A DNA stretch of 64,000 nucleotides from Takakia lepidozioides. Its lineage: Eukaryota; Plantae; Bryophyta. Below the pieces are notes generated by a model. It made no database searches. It saw only the letters and a list, made by a program, of their open reading frames with translations, and was not told the DNA's origin. The position numbers were made by a program, and so were the translations under genes. Below are positions 9,771-22,599 of the stretch, in pieces. The stretch lies in contig CM060732.1 of the NCBI GenBank assembly GCA_030704615.1, positions 32,426,001 through 32,490,000 on the forward strand, in the 5' to 3' direction. Positions within the stretch are counted from its first letter, which is position 1, and every line of letters starts with the position of its first letter.

Positions 9771-12700
9771 CAGTCCGCGGGGATAGTGCCATGCCAGCAG
9801 AAACGCAAAGAGGGAAGGCTGGTGTCGAGTATGCCATTTTTCCCCCAGGACTGGAGAAAATCATTGAGCAGCTTGGTCCTGCGTTGTTGTGAAGATCTGG
9901 AAATAGCTGCAGTTAAGATGCCCCAGGCTTTCCTCCCCTCAGTGAGCAGGTCATGGTAGATACAAAACAGAATTGACCTGCCCCTAGGGGGTCTTCCCTC
10001 ATAAACAAAAGAACACCTAGCCTTCCAGAGATGCCAAAGAGTAAGTGCCCTAAAACAAGCCCAAACAGGGCACAAAAGGTAAGCTGTGAACAGGCAGCAA
10101 ATTCAACAACAACAAAGAAATGGGGGGAGGGGATGGGAAAAGATCCCAGTTAGAGTAGAAACGTATCACCATTCTCCACACTCTTGTAGGGAGATTACAC
10201 TCTGCTAAGCAATGTTCGATTGACTCAGGCAGAGTTAAACACAAGTTGCAGCAGGTGTTGTTGAGCATGGTAGCAGCGTTGACTTGCAAGATCCTATGTG
10301 CCAACTTCCACAAAAAGCCTGAGATCTTAGCTGCTTTTGGCTTCCTCCAGATATCTTTCTATACCTTATCCCAGGTTTGCTGTGAGAGATGGAGGTGACT
10401 CCATTTCAAATTCCATTTGTGAAGAAATGATCGGGGAGGCCTTAATAGCGAGTAGGCCATCTTCACTGAGTAGGCAAAAAAAGGTGAGTGGTGGGAGTCC
10501 ATCCAGCTCCATTCCCTTGGGTCAAACTACAGGGAAGCCAAGGGGTATTTAAGAAACCACGTGAAAGTAGAATGTCGAGCCCATGTTAGCTCTTGACCCA
10601 TTGGAGGGCTTGGGTTTGGATTTCCTTTGGAATCAAGCACCTTTATGGGAAATAGAGAACTCTTCGGCAGATCCATCATTCCATCGAGTTGAAGAGTCCC
10701 ATGAAAGTCAGCTTCAAAGGCTATACCAGAGGCTGTATGCCCAGTCACCGCTAGGACTAGGAGGACTATGTTACCTCTATGCAGAGTTGAAGCCATTCAG
10801 GTGGGTGGAGACCACGAGGAATCTCCATCTCTGAGCAGTGGCTTCATATATTCCAGTACTTCATCAAGTAGCGCAGGCCATGCCCTGGCTCGTCTCGGGC
10901 CAAGAATAGGGCTGACTGCTTTTGCAGCCAAGAAATGGTTTTGGTCCCAGATGCTGCCCATATGGGTAAATCCACAATGCTCCCAAAATGCCCATTTTGG
11001 GTTATGGTCAATCAGCATACCAGAGTCCATGTTATAGTTTGCAAAGAGCGGCTGGCGGGAACATTCAGCATAATTGAGAGGAATTCTTTGAGTAAGGGAA
11101 CCTCTTATGGATTGCCAAGCTGCCCATATTGACTGCCAAGGTCTCGATCCCATGTGCTTATTCGCATTCTTGCCTTGCACTACCCATCGTAATGATTGAG
11201 TCCATAGCGGGGAGGAGGTGGGATGCGCATCCATGAGGTAAGGTTGAATGAGCTTGCTCCAAGGACTGTGACGATGAATCAAGGCTCCGGGGATATTCCA
11301 TTTGGCCAAAAGCGCCTTGATCTGCGTTGCAAGATCAATAATCCCAAACCCTCCCTTCTTATTAGGTTGACAAAGCTGATCCCATGAGATGAGGGCACGT
11401 CTCACGGGAGAGTGTGTGGTTGCCCCCCAAATAAAATTCCTGATGAGAGCTTTGATCTCATTCGTGAGCTTGGTTCCTGGATCCCAGACTGCAGCAAAGA
11501 ACCAAGTGGAGGCGAGAAGTACTTGGTTGGCCACCAAGGCTCTTCCAGCTATGGACAGCATGGCTAAGCTCCAGTGAGCAAAAGATCTCTTCAACCTAGC
11601 AATAACCACACTCAAGATGCTTTGTTGGGACAGGTTGCGACCAATCTGATGTCCCAGAAGCGTGTGGGACTCCCCTTCAGGAAGCCAATTGAGACCAATG
11701 TCTTGTCCCCAGGGGTCGCAGTGTGATGAGGTAGCTTGGTTCTGCAGCAGCGAGAGCAGGCCCATGGACTTTCGCCAATTGATCTTCAACCCCGAGCCTA
11801 AACAGAATATCTGTAGGGCTTGAAGGGCACGTTGGATGTTGTCCTGATTTGAATTATCCAACAACAGGGTGGTATCATCGGCATATATGGAAAGCTTGAC
11901 CATTTCAGGTACAAAGGTAGGCAAATGAAGACCCACTATATCATGTCTTGCCTGAAAAAGATGCCCAAGAGAGTCTGCCGCGATGAGGAAAAGAAATGGA
12001 GCTAAAGGGCATCCTTGCCTAACCGACCTAGAGATAGGGAAGGAATGAGATATAACCCCGTTCACCATGACTTTGCTTGAGGCCGAATGCAGCAGAATTT
12101 GAACCCACGTCAGGAAATTGCCTCCCAACCCTGATTTATATAGAGCAGCAAGAAGGAAGGTCCAGTCAATTGAATCAAAAGCTTTTTCAAAGTCCAGCAT
12201 TAAAAACGCTAAAGGCTGATTGTTCAAGGTAGCTCTATGGAGGGCCTCATGCGCCAACAGAATGTTATATAAAATCATGCGGTCTTTGAGGAAACCAGAC
12301 TGCTCTTTCCTGATGATTTTTGGTAACAATGGTTGCAGCCTCAAGGCAAGGGCCTTAGCAATTATTTTGTACGAAGAATTGAGTAGGTAATGGGGCGGTA
12401 GTTCACCACATTGTCTCTCTCACCTTTTTTATAGATCAAGGTGATAAGGCCTTCAGACATCTGGGAAGGCATCAGCTGCTTTTGAAATATATCGTTGGCT
12501 ATGCGGAGAAAGTCCTCCCCCATCGTCTGCCAGAGAGCCTTGAAAAGTTCAATGGGAAGACCATCCGGACCTGGGCTCTTCATAGAGGCCAAAGCATCCA
12601 CCGTGTCACCCAGTTCCTGCACAGTGAACGGTTCTGCCATCCTGCCCTTATCCAGAGTGGTTAGCGAGCAAGGGATGTTGTGCAGGAGGATATGTCTGGC

Positions 12701-13930
12701 CTCTACCACCTCGGGAGATTGTGGACATGCCTGAAAAAGATGTCTGAAGAAATCAGCTGCAGTATTGGTCATCTTCTAGGGGTCACATATCCACACATGG
12801 CCCTCCAGTAGGGCACCTCGACCCCATTCACACTCAATGGCAGATGGTCAAAGTTGTGCTCATGGGGCAGAACAGCACATACTGTCACGGACATTGTCAA
12901 ACAACAGAGCTTCATAAGAAACTGAAGAGCACAAACTTCCACAACCCAAAGCAGGATAATGTGCAAACATGACATTCAATGGCAAAGTTCATGTGAGCCT
13001 GTAAAGGTACAAAAAATTTAGGATAACACATGGCAGTGCCCAAGGTAATGGTTGTCACTGCTCACTTCCTCAACATCAGACAAGATATCTGTCGAAAAAG
13101 GTCAAAAAGCATATGTGTGGAATCAGAAGACAAGAACATACCAGGGGTAAGTAGCGCCGCATATCCTCTACTTATGAGAAAGGCATCAATAGTAGCTGCA
13201 CCTTTAGTCTGCACAGCAGTTGCACCAACCAGCTTTGCCACTCTGTCTGTGTCAATGGCTTTGTCTGCCAGGGCCAAGTTTTGTGAGAAAAACTTAATCC
13301 ACAAACAACAGTCCTTCAGCATTGGGCCCAACTGAAGATATAAACATATACACAGAAAGATACCAACTTTTTCATTGTAATACGTTGTCAAAAAGTTCGT
13401 TCTTGGCTGGATGTGCACAACCGACACCGATCATCCTCACTGTTAGCAATTGACAAAGCATTCAACATGCATTCTTGGAAGAAAATTCAGGCATCAAGTA
13501 GCCCAATCGCCATACATAAGGAATCCCAAGCGTCCCTTTCAGCAACAGAGATATTTTGGACATTGGAACCCGAGCGATCTCCTTCAAATTCAACCATGTT
13601 AAAATCACCTCCAACCACCCAGTGATGAATGTCCGGCTGCTGTAACACTTTCAGCCTCATTTGAGACCAGAGCTGAACTCTATCCTCCTCACAGTTGGGA
13701 GCATGCACATTGACAATCCCTACCTTTCCAATGGACTGGCCTAGGTCTATGGTCATGGATTGAACCCGACCCTATACCCAGATGTCGTTGGCCAAAATAA
13801 TGGGACCCAAGGTGGGGGAGGCCAAGATCGTCATTCCCCCTCTAGTGTCCACCACTGTGGGATTCCAAAATGCAATATGAGAAGGCCAAATAGAAGCACC
13901 TAGAGAGTTAATTTCGGCAGCGTCTAGCTT
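9755..13930 (-). pseudogene. LINE-B ORF2 (APE-RT-zf-RVT), frameshifted, with ~12773-13486 apparently replaced by unrelated DNA
   Basis: ORF track 13487-13756, 12362-12772, 10797-12344, 10050-10313, 9755-10075. Confidence 0.88.
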
Positions 13931-15107
13931 ATGCTCTTGAAAGAAAATAAGGGAAGAGCGATTGATGAAATTGGAGGCCCAGTGTCTAATTCTTGCCCTT
14001 TTTGGGGCAGACTAATCAGACCCTATTCCCCGAATGTTCTAGCTAGTCAGGGAGAGATTCATGGAACAACATGGATAAGGCCTATGGTGTCCCCGCAAAT
14101 TGATGGCCAAGTTGGAAGAAATCTGAATTTGGTCCTTTTGTCAGTAGGGTGAAGTGTGGAAATCCATTTGAAGCCTGCAGGTGGGGGGAGCAGCGACGGC
14201 ATTTTCCATACATAAAATGCCCTAGATCTTTTCCTTTTGTTTGGAGACTTCAATTCCAATATCTGGTTTCTGGTATCAGTCATTGTAGATAAATCATTCA
14301 AGGAGAGATCCCAAGAAAGAGCAGAAGAGAGAAAAGAGGCAGCGGCCACTGAGAGGAGAGGAGTGGTAGAGACGCACCAACCAGGAAGGACTTTGAGGTC
14401 TGGGGGTTGGTTATCAAATACCAGCATCCAGCCCCACTTGGGGTTGTTGTTGTCAGGGACAAAAAAGAGAATGGGGAAGTAAGCATGAGGAATCTTGCTT
14501 ACCGCAGGTGGCAAGTTGACGGTCTCCTCTGGATAAGGTCAGTGCCGATATTGTTGGCCCCATTTGATGATAATAGCATGTCATTTTCGTGAAAGAGGAC
14601 TAGTTCCTTGTTTGTGTTGGGCCCCAAGTCAATGGTACGGTCTTCTTCATATGCTGCCAACCCCTTTTGCTTCTGCAGGCTCATGAGCTCAACTACCATC
14701 TTCTGACCTTCCTCCATAATGAGGGAACTGCGAGCCCAAGTGCTTGGGTCAGTGACTCTACACGACAACCCAAAACTGTCCACCCACAGCCATTTGTTGG
14801 CAGCTCCAGAGGTGTCCAGATCTTCGGAGGAAAATATTGGCAGGACATGAATAATCGCCAAGTTCACCAAGGCAGCATTATTCTCCACCATAATGCCTAT
14901 ATGCTTCAAGTGGGAATGCAAGAGGGAGGTGCAAGGAAAAAATTCCCCGAGAATCTGCCTGGCCAAGTACAAGGTGATGTCTCTTGGATTCAAGATATCA
15001 AGCTCCGAGGGTAAAGAGTTGTTGATCCAGGCAGAGCAGAAGCCTTGTCCAGAAGAGGGGATACATAAATTTGTGTACTCGTCAATAACTGTGAAGACAA
15101 GTGGATA

Positions 15108-15565
15108 TCACAAAGTGGTGATATAAGGGTCCAATCTACTATCCCCGTCATGGCGCTCATCCCAAAACACGTTGGCGGTGTGGCCCGGCTGTAAGGTAAC
15201 TGAACTGTTGATGAGCCCAACCACGTTGCCGTACACATCGGGGTTTCCGTCACAATAAATATGGGCTTGGCGGCCCAAATTTCTCGCCCTTACATCATTG
15301 TCATTCACAACAAGGATGTAAGGATGGATCAATACTAGGGTCCATTGCCTCCATCATGCAATACATGCGACCCCAAAAAAGAAAGGGCGAATCGGAACTG
15401 GACAAGACACAAGACATTGGTAGAAATGGGGTTGGACTCCCATCGTGAATAGCTCCCTAGCACCACGATGACGTATGGTGTCGTCATCAGGCCGGCGAAG
15501 GCGCGGACCAACCGTGCGAAACAACTTCGGTCCACCTCTCCTAGGGGGCGACGTCCGTCCATCAC
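15108..15565 (-). pseudogene. SET-domain-like fragment preceded by a Pro/Ser-rich region (15562-15900)
   Basis: AGLMTT..LGSYS and YILVV..IYCDGNPDVYGNVVGLINSS..ANVFW resemble SET motifs GLFA..GEY and IDA..GN.ARFINHS..PN. Confidence 0.4.
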
Positions 15566-16022
15566 TTCGGGGGGCCCTTCTCCCGGAGTGGGAACCTAGT
15601 GATCCATCGGTCCCAGACATACACAGTCCCCAAAGGTGGTGGGATCCATCCGGGTTCTGCCGGAGGACCCGGATACGGACTCGGTGGTGGCTGTGGTCTC
15701 GGCAATGGAGGGGAAATGACACGTAGGTTGGTATGAGGGATCTTGCGTGGAGGTAGTACTGGCCGAGATGGCCGGGATGGCGATGGTGATGAGGAAAGAC
15801 TATGTACAATAGGAGGAACGGACGATGTGGATGGTGATGATGGGGGTGCCGATGTCGAGGATGTCGAACTCGGACTCGGTGGCGGCTGTGGTCTCGGCAA
15901 TGGAGGGGAAGGGACACATAGCCGGTCGGTTCCTTCACCTTTTTTTCTTTCCTTTGCCTTTCATTTTGTTTCTGGTTTGTTTCTAATTTTGTGGGTTTTG
16001 TGTTCAGGAGCTTGGCGCATTC

Positions 16023-17375
16023 GTGGCTAAGCTTGTGGCAAGCAGTGGGATTGCCACCGACAAAGCAGGGACAATGGTGGTGCCTACCCGTGGGGACGGT
16101 AAGAGGAAGAGGAAAAGACGTCGTGTCCTCGAGGTTTCCCTAATCATCAATGAGGGTAGGGAAGTAGTGGAGGGGAAGGGGAAAGGACAGGCCCAGGAGA
16201 GGGAGCGTAAGAGAAAGAGGCGTAGAAGGAGAGAGGTGCAGCCGGGGGAGGGCACTAGTGGGGGAACAAAAGACAAGGGGGAGCTAGTTCAGATGAGCGT
16301 GCAGCCGGTGGAGGGCATTAGCGGGGCAACAAAAGACAAGGGAGAGGTAGTTCAGAAGAGCGTGGATGAGGTAAAGACCTCGGGTCCCCGCAACCTTGAT
16401 TTGCCAAAGATGAAGGTACCCCCCTTAGAGACCAATAAGGTCGGTGACCCCATTGGTGAGTATTGGGAGGCCATGAAAAAAGTAGCCTTCGACTTGGCGG
16501 CGAGGTGGTTCCCTTGGCATATTGATTGGCCACGCCAATCACATCGCCATAGGCGAGCATTCGTGCAAGCACTTGAGGGCACATTTCCGGGTGAGTGGAA
16601 TGAGGGGAAGCTCTTGGAGCTGGTGGGAAAGAACCTCAAGGACAAGAGGTACCGTGTGCGACAAACCATTCACAAGGCACTCAAGGCGGGGGTCGAACCA
16701 ACGACCATGCCACATGGAATAACCAAGGTAAGGCGCACTTCACTTGTCATTGGTGTCTTTGAATGCATGTTCATTGCAGTATGGAGTTCATTAACATTTA
16801 TAGTGTCTTTGTTGGGGCTGGACAGGAATCTTGGGAGGCTCTCATCGCAGGGGAGAGGGAAGAGCTGAAGGCGTAGATCTTCGCAAGGGGACGTGCGGCA
16901 ACTGCAGCCCGCCTCGAGAAGTGTGCGGAATCAACACACAAGTGGGGCCCCGACGGAAGCAAGAGTTTTGTCACCCGATTCGTAAGTGTTCTTTCTTTTG
17001 TCATACCCATTCTTCTTTTTTAGCTTCTCCCTTCCATTATGAATTCTGACCTGTCATTGCATTTGTATGTCATGTGCAGAAAAAAAGTTTGAGAGGCCTC
17101 CCTCCGCCATCGAGCACAACTTTTGCAAGACTCAGGGGTGGAAGGCCCTTGTAGCCTCAATGGCCAAGACGCCACAATTGACGGAGGATAGTGCATCTGT
17201 AGGGGTGGGGATGGGTAGTTCAGTGGCTCGGCCGGATGGGGGAGAGCCAGTAGTAGGGGGTGGTTCGAAGGATGATGTAATCTCGGACTCGGCCTCATCA
17301 TCCTCCAGATTGGAGGCCCAACGTAGCTTGCATTCCTCGGACGAGTACACCTATGACTCAGGTGATGAGGAGTGA
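16023..17375 (+). pseudogene. CACTA TnpA-like (Ptta/En/Spm Transposase_24-type) gene with introns
   Basis: DWPRQ..KRYR..PHGITK, then GT-AG intron ~16728-16825, ESWEALI..THKWGPDGSKSF, and a second intron ~16982-17079. In-frame stop near 16866. Confidence 0.6.
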
Positions 17376-18281
17376 GGGATGGTTCCAAATTAGAGACATG
17401 TAAAGGTAGTACTCGCTTTATGTATGTATTTCTTCAGTTACTTGATCCTCATTCTAACCTTAATGGACATGTGGATTCTAATCTAACCTATAGATTAGAA
17501 TGCATGCATTTCATGCAAGCACAAGGCACACCCCAACCCCCAAGAAAACCCCACCCCAAATACCAGTTGGCTACCCTCCCACCCAGCGATGCCGGCGCGA
17601 CGGCCAGGTGCGACCAGTGACTCTGCTGCGATTCCCCGCCGTCGCAACAGAACCACGCCAACGTGGAGCTAGCGACGCCACAAAGGGGCTGCGACGTTGT
17701 TGCGACTCCAGGGAGTCGCACACGAACGTGCCCTCCCATGGAGCTAGCGATGGTCCCCGGGGGCTACGACGTCCCTGCGATTCCCGGGCGTCGCTACCGA
17801 ACCTCCTTACCCATGGGGGTCTAGCGACGCCCCCAAATGGGTGTACCTCGGCCCAAAATAGGGGAACAAATCCACAGAATCCTCTCCTCCCCCCCCGGCT
17901 GCGACGTTTGGACGACGCCAGCGCGTGGCTAATTCTGGGAATGGGCGATGTCCTTGCGACTGCCCCATGACGCAGGGGAAGGGATGGACCCCCCTCCCTG
18001 CCCTTTGTTGTGACTCCTGGGAGTCGCCATATTGCGACGCCCCGGAGGGGCGGTGTCTTTTCGCCGTCGCTGGTCGTGGCTAGGTGGACCCGGGGATTAG
18101 CGATTCCCTTAGGTCGCTAATCTGCGACGTTCCGGGAGCGACGTGGCGGCGACTTCCCGACGTCGCAATTTGTCCTCGGCGCGCCCCGGGCGCTGTAGTG
18201 TATTTTCGTCGCTAGGCGCGGCGTTTGGAGGTTGTTGAGGCATCGCTAAAACCCCCCCCCCAAAAAAAAAATGTAGTAGTG

Positions 18282-21173
18282 TGACATGGAGAGGTCATTG
18301 ATCCAGTCACGGACTATGGAGTTGTTCGAAGCTGGATTGGTGGAGTTGTCAGGCGGGGAGTATGCCTCGGCAACGGTGATGCCAGCTACGAAGGATATCT
18401 ATGGCAATTGGACAGAAAGAAGGATGTGTGGGGACTATCGTCCTGTGAACCGTCAGACTAAGTCCGATAGATATGCCACGCCAACTCCAGAGGAGATATT
18501 TGATGCCATTGGGCATGCAAAGGTGTTTAGCACATTGGACTTGCGATCCGGTTACCACCAGTTGCCAATCAAAGAGGCAGATAAGCAAAAGACGGCATTT
18601 TGGGGGATTGACCAACATGAGAAGGATTGTTTGTACCAATGGCGGTTCTTACCGTTTGGGTTGAAGAATGCTCCTGTAGAGTTTCAGAGAGTCATGGATA
18701 GGATTCTCGCGGGGCTAGACTTCGCCCGGTGCTACATTGATGACATCATGTCTTTAGTGCTACGGTTGAGGAGCATGAGAGACACCTTCTGGGTGTTTGA
18801 GCGTTTGAGAGCGCACGGGTTGAAACTGCACCCCGGAAAGTGCAAGTTCTTCCACAATCAGATTGAGTATCTGGGCCACATGATATACCCTGGAGGATTG
18901 GGTGTTCAACAGAGAAAGGTGGAGGCCATTGCATGCATTCCACGCCCCATGGATGTGAGCAGAGTTCGTGCTTTCATGGGATTGGCAAACTACTATCGAC
19001 GGTTTGTCAAGGGATTTAGCAGCATTGCAAAGGCTCTTACCAAGTTGACCAAGGTGGGTCAGGAGTGGCAGTGGGAGGAGGAGCAGGAGGAGCCTTTGAG
19101 GAACTCAAGGCTCGATTGACTTTTGCATCTATTCTGAGGCGGCCTATTCGAGGGCGGCCTTTCCAGCTACATACGGATTGGAGTATGCTGGGGATTGGAG
19201 CAGTGTTCACACAGGTGGATGATGAGGGAAGAGAGTTCGTAGTGGCATATGCTAGCTGCTCGAACAATGATGTCGAGGCGAAGCATAGTTCCTATGAAGG
19301 GGAGTGTCTAGCTGCGGTATGGGCAATGACACATTTCAGATGCTACCTCTATGGCAATCTCTTCACCCTTGTCATGGATCACCAACTATTGAAGTGGTTG
19401 ATGGAGTCAGACAAGCTTACAGGGAAACTTGCACGGTGGGCACTTATGCTTCAAGAGTACGACTTCTAGGTGGTGCATCGAGCCGGTATTGTCAATCAGG
19501 ATGTAGATGGATTGAGTCGTAATCCATGCACGAGCAAGCATGATGATATTAGAGCTCGGTGGCATGGTAAGACGGATAAGGAGATGGTGCCAGAATGGCA
19601 TGCATTGGCCTTTCTGTGCATTATAGCAATGGGAGCTCAAACTGGTCTATCTCATGCGATTGGTCATGTAGATAGCGTGCATGACGATCCAGAGACTAGT
19701 GAGGAGCTTGGTGGTGCTAAGGATGTGCATGAAGATGCAGCAGTGTTGGCATACCTTCGTACCGGAGAGACATCAGCCAGTGTGACTACTAAGGAGACAG
19801 ATCGGGTCCTACAACGAGCCAAAAGGTTTAAGTGGGAATGGATTCACCTACTCCGGGTATGGGAGGATGGACGAGTGAGGATTGTGCCTCATCCAACACA
19901 ACGAGCGCGATTGGTATGCCATGCCCATGAGGAATTGAGACATTTTGGGGTGCGGCGTACTCATAGTTTACTGCAAGGGCAGTATTGGTGGCGGGGTATG
20001 CACATGGATGTGCAATAGTTAGTGGCAAGGTGCATGGTGTGTGATAGAGTGCGGGTTTCTTTCAACGCCCCTACTCCACAATTGCATCATTTACCCATTA
20101 TGGGTTTGGGCTATCGTTGGAGTCTTGACTTTGCAGGCCCATTGCCATTGACAATTCGCCATAACAAGTATGTGCTGGTGATGGTGGAACACTTCTCCAA
20201 ATGGATTGAACTGGGGGCATTGCCTGACAAGGCAAGTGAGGGGGCTACGTATGCATTCTTAGATTGAGTGCTTAGCCATTTTGGTGCTCCAGTCGAGGTA
20301 CTCACGGACCAGGGGAGAGAGTTCTTGGGGGAGTTTCAAATTTTGTGTGAGCAAGCCTTGATAGATTACCGCACTACTTCTCGAGATCATCCCGAGGCTG
20401 ATGGCTTGGTGGAGAGAGTTGTTCAGACAGTCAAGAGACGTTTGCGCAAGTACGGTTTGCAGAAGAGACACCTAGGAGATTGGGACCTTCAACTGCCTTG
20501 GCTAGCTATGGGCTATAGGTTCAGCAAACAGGCTTCACTTGCCGCCTTCTCACCTTACTTTCTTCTCTTTGGCCGAGAGCCAGATTTGCCTGCATCTATT
20601 CGAAGGGAGGCTGCAGTAGTTCTCAACCTTGATGATCCGGATGTGTGGACACAAGCATGTGCCCAGCGGGCAGAGTTGTTCAAGAGAATCATGCCTATGG
20701 CTTTTGAGAACCTTGCTATTGCCCAACACCGAGACACATTGAGGTACGCCACTATACGTGGAGGGGGATATCGGCCAAGTGTTCGGCGTTTCCACCCTGG
20801 GGATTATGTGTATCTGGAGCAGATCGCGTCTACGACCTTGGATGTCACAACAGGACGTGTGATTCTAAGGGTCAGGGAGGTGTTGTCTTCAGGAGTGTTG
20901 ATTCTGGAGGGTCGAGACAGCATGGTATGGAAGGACCATGTGCGCAATTGTGCGCCATGTCACATTCCACATGTGGATGGGAGGATAGATCCCAACCTTG
21001 CAGTGGTACCTGCAGGGTTGCATTGCATGCTATGTGGGCATGCTGGTGGCGCCGCAACCATGTTGGTGTGTGACAACTACTCAAGGGGGTGGCACATGGG
21101 ATGCTTGACACCGCCACTTGAGGAGGTTCTTATCGGAGAATGGTTGTGCCCACGATGCCTTGGACAGAGGTAG
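18282..21173 (+). pseudogene. Ty3/gypsy pol: RT-RNaseH-integrase with C-terminal PHD finger; several stops and frameshifts
   Basis: RMCGDYRPVN, LDLRSGYHQ, PFGLKNAP, YIDD. RNaseH: LHTDWS..YEGECLA..DH. Integrase: H..HFG..YWW..CMVC, LDFAGP/TDQG/ERVVQ. PHD: CMLC..MLVCD..GWHMGC..GEWLCPRC. Confidence 0.95.
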
Positions 21174-21419
21174 TGGGCATGCCAATGGTGAGGCGGACAA
21201 GTGATCCAAGGTCTAGTTAGTGGGGCTTCAATGCCATGGATACTCAATTGAAGATCATGGATTGCATGAAGGCGACTAACGATGGGGCTACATTTGCACC
21301 CGGCCTCTTGATATATCGACTTCAGGTGTTGGGACTCGTGCGATTGAAGACCAAGCGATGATCTTATTGGGGTGGATACTTGCAAGCTATCCGGTGTTAG
21401 AGGCACCTAATCACCAGCT

Positions 21420-21865
21420 AGGGGGGCGATTGTGGCGTGGCTTTCTAGGACTATATGCTAGGAAGTGTGGTTGGACAGCGATGTATGTTGTGGCACAATG
21501 CTTAGGTGCATGACAGCTGTCATGGTTTTATTTTTGATTAGTTAGAAATAGTTATTTCTAGCTAATTAGGACATTATACATTCATATTTGTATTTTGTTG
21601 GCATTGGGACTTCATTTGGTTCCATGTGCCAAGTGAGGTGGCGAACCTCACTTGGGACGTGGAGAGGTTATCTCCACGTGAGATGTAGGCAGGCTCGTCT
21701 TCTTCTAGTCGAGCCTCCCGAGGCCTCTCTTGCCGCCATAGCTCTAGTTCTTGAGATGGAGAGTGGGTGAGGTCTGTATGGTAGAGTCATTTAGCAAAGG
21801 TGCCATTGGCTTGACTTATATAACGTGATAGAGTGGTTTCTCCTCTTTTCACCATTTCCGTATCA
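21420..21865 (+). mobile_element. polypurine tract (21420-21430) and 3' LTR (21431-21865, TG...CA) of the gypsy element
   Basis: AGGGGGGCGAT immediately before TGTGGCG; ends ..CCGTATCA; LTR start is duplicated directly after. Confidence 0.75.
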
Positions 21866-21866
21866 T

Positions 21867-21952
21867 TGTGGCGTGGCTTTCTAGGACTATATGCTAGGAA
21901 GTGTAGTTGGACAGCGATGTATGTTATGGCACGATGCTTAGGTGCACGACAG
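21867..21952 (+). repeat. second, truncated copy of the LTR 5' end in tandem
   Basis: 86-bp near-identical copy of 21431-21516. Confidence 0.9.
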
Positions 21953-22059
21953 AGGGTATATTTCTCATTTGACAAACATCCACAGGGATGAACAGTATGA
22001 AACACCCTACCTACTTCATCCACCTGCTGTAAAAATTTCAGATCATTTGACTTGTCATT

Positions 22060-22450
22060 ATGAAGATTATAACAAAATTTGTAGTTTACTCCAATTTGAG
22101 AGTGAAAAAATGGTTTGACCAAGCATTTGACCTACCAAAATGATTTTTCATTGATAAAGACCACCCAGATTCTGATTATGAGGCACGTAAAGCGTGTTGG
22201 CCCAAAATTTCAAAGCCCGAATCCAAAATCTTAGACGGGTTGCTTTGTATGGAAAAATAGGGGGGTAAAAAAGATCATAAAGTACAATTGTCACCCAAAT
22301 TGGCAGCCTTAGGGTGTTCAAATTTTCATTGGAACCAAATTCCCTCAGATGGTCATATTGTTCAAGACTGATTACTCACTACCTTGGAAGAACCATTCAT
22401 CATTATAACCTATATACATGTAGAGATTTGCATTTTTGTGAATTTTTACT
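22060..22450. repeat. dispersed repeat related (inverted) to ~59840-60340
   Basis: Shared blocks such as AATTTGAGA..GGTTTGACCAAGCA.TTG..TGATTTTT and TGCATTTTTG. Confidence 0.55.
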
Positions 22451-22599
22451 TGAATCCCAGCTCAGGACATCTCCGGCAAAAAAGAGGCCCGAAACCGTGT
22501 ACCCCCAAGAGGGGCCCCAGGATACCCTGTGTTTCGTCGTTTGAACCAATAGGCAACCTGCAACCTCCAACGACCAACAGTTATGTCTGCTTCCAATGT

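Larger units (their letters stand above)
9235..15105 (-). mobile_element. LINE-B: L1/Tx1-like element (ORF1 remnant, APE endonuclease, RT, zf-RVT), degenerate; 5' boundary approximate
   Basis: APE: IVNVHAPN..VVGGDFN (13487-13756). RT: KSPGPDG, NYRPIT, LDFEKAFD, RQGCPLAP, YADD (10797-12772). zf-RVT: CNLC..ESIEHCLAEC, WHLWKARC (9755-10313). 3' end resembles that of LINE-A. Confidence 0.9.
15105..18281. mobile_element. CACTA (En/Spm) element, one end visible
   Basis: Terminal TGTAGTAGTG at 18272-18281 (= CACTACTACA). Dense GCGACG/CGTCGC subterminal repeats at 17590-18250. TnpA-like ORF. Abuts gypsy RT. Other TIR not found. Confidence 0.75.

Noticed and set aside
15354-15938. His/Arg-rich 194-aa ORF
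   Set aside because: Alternative frame of a low-complexity Pro/Ser-rich region.
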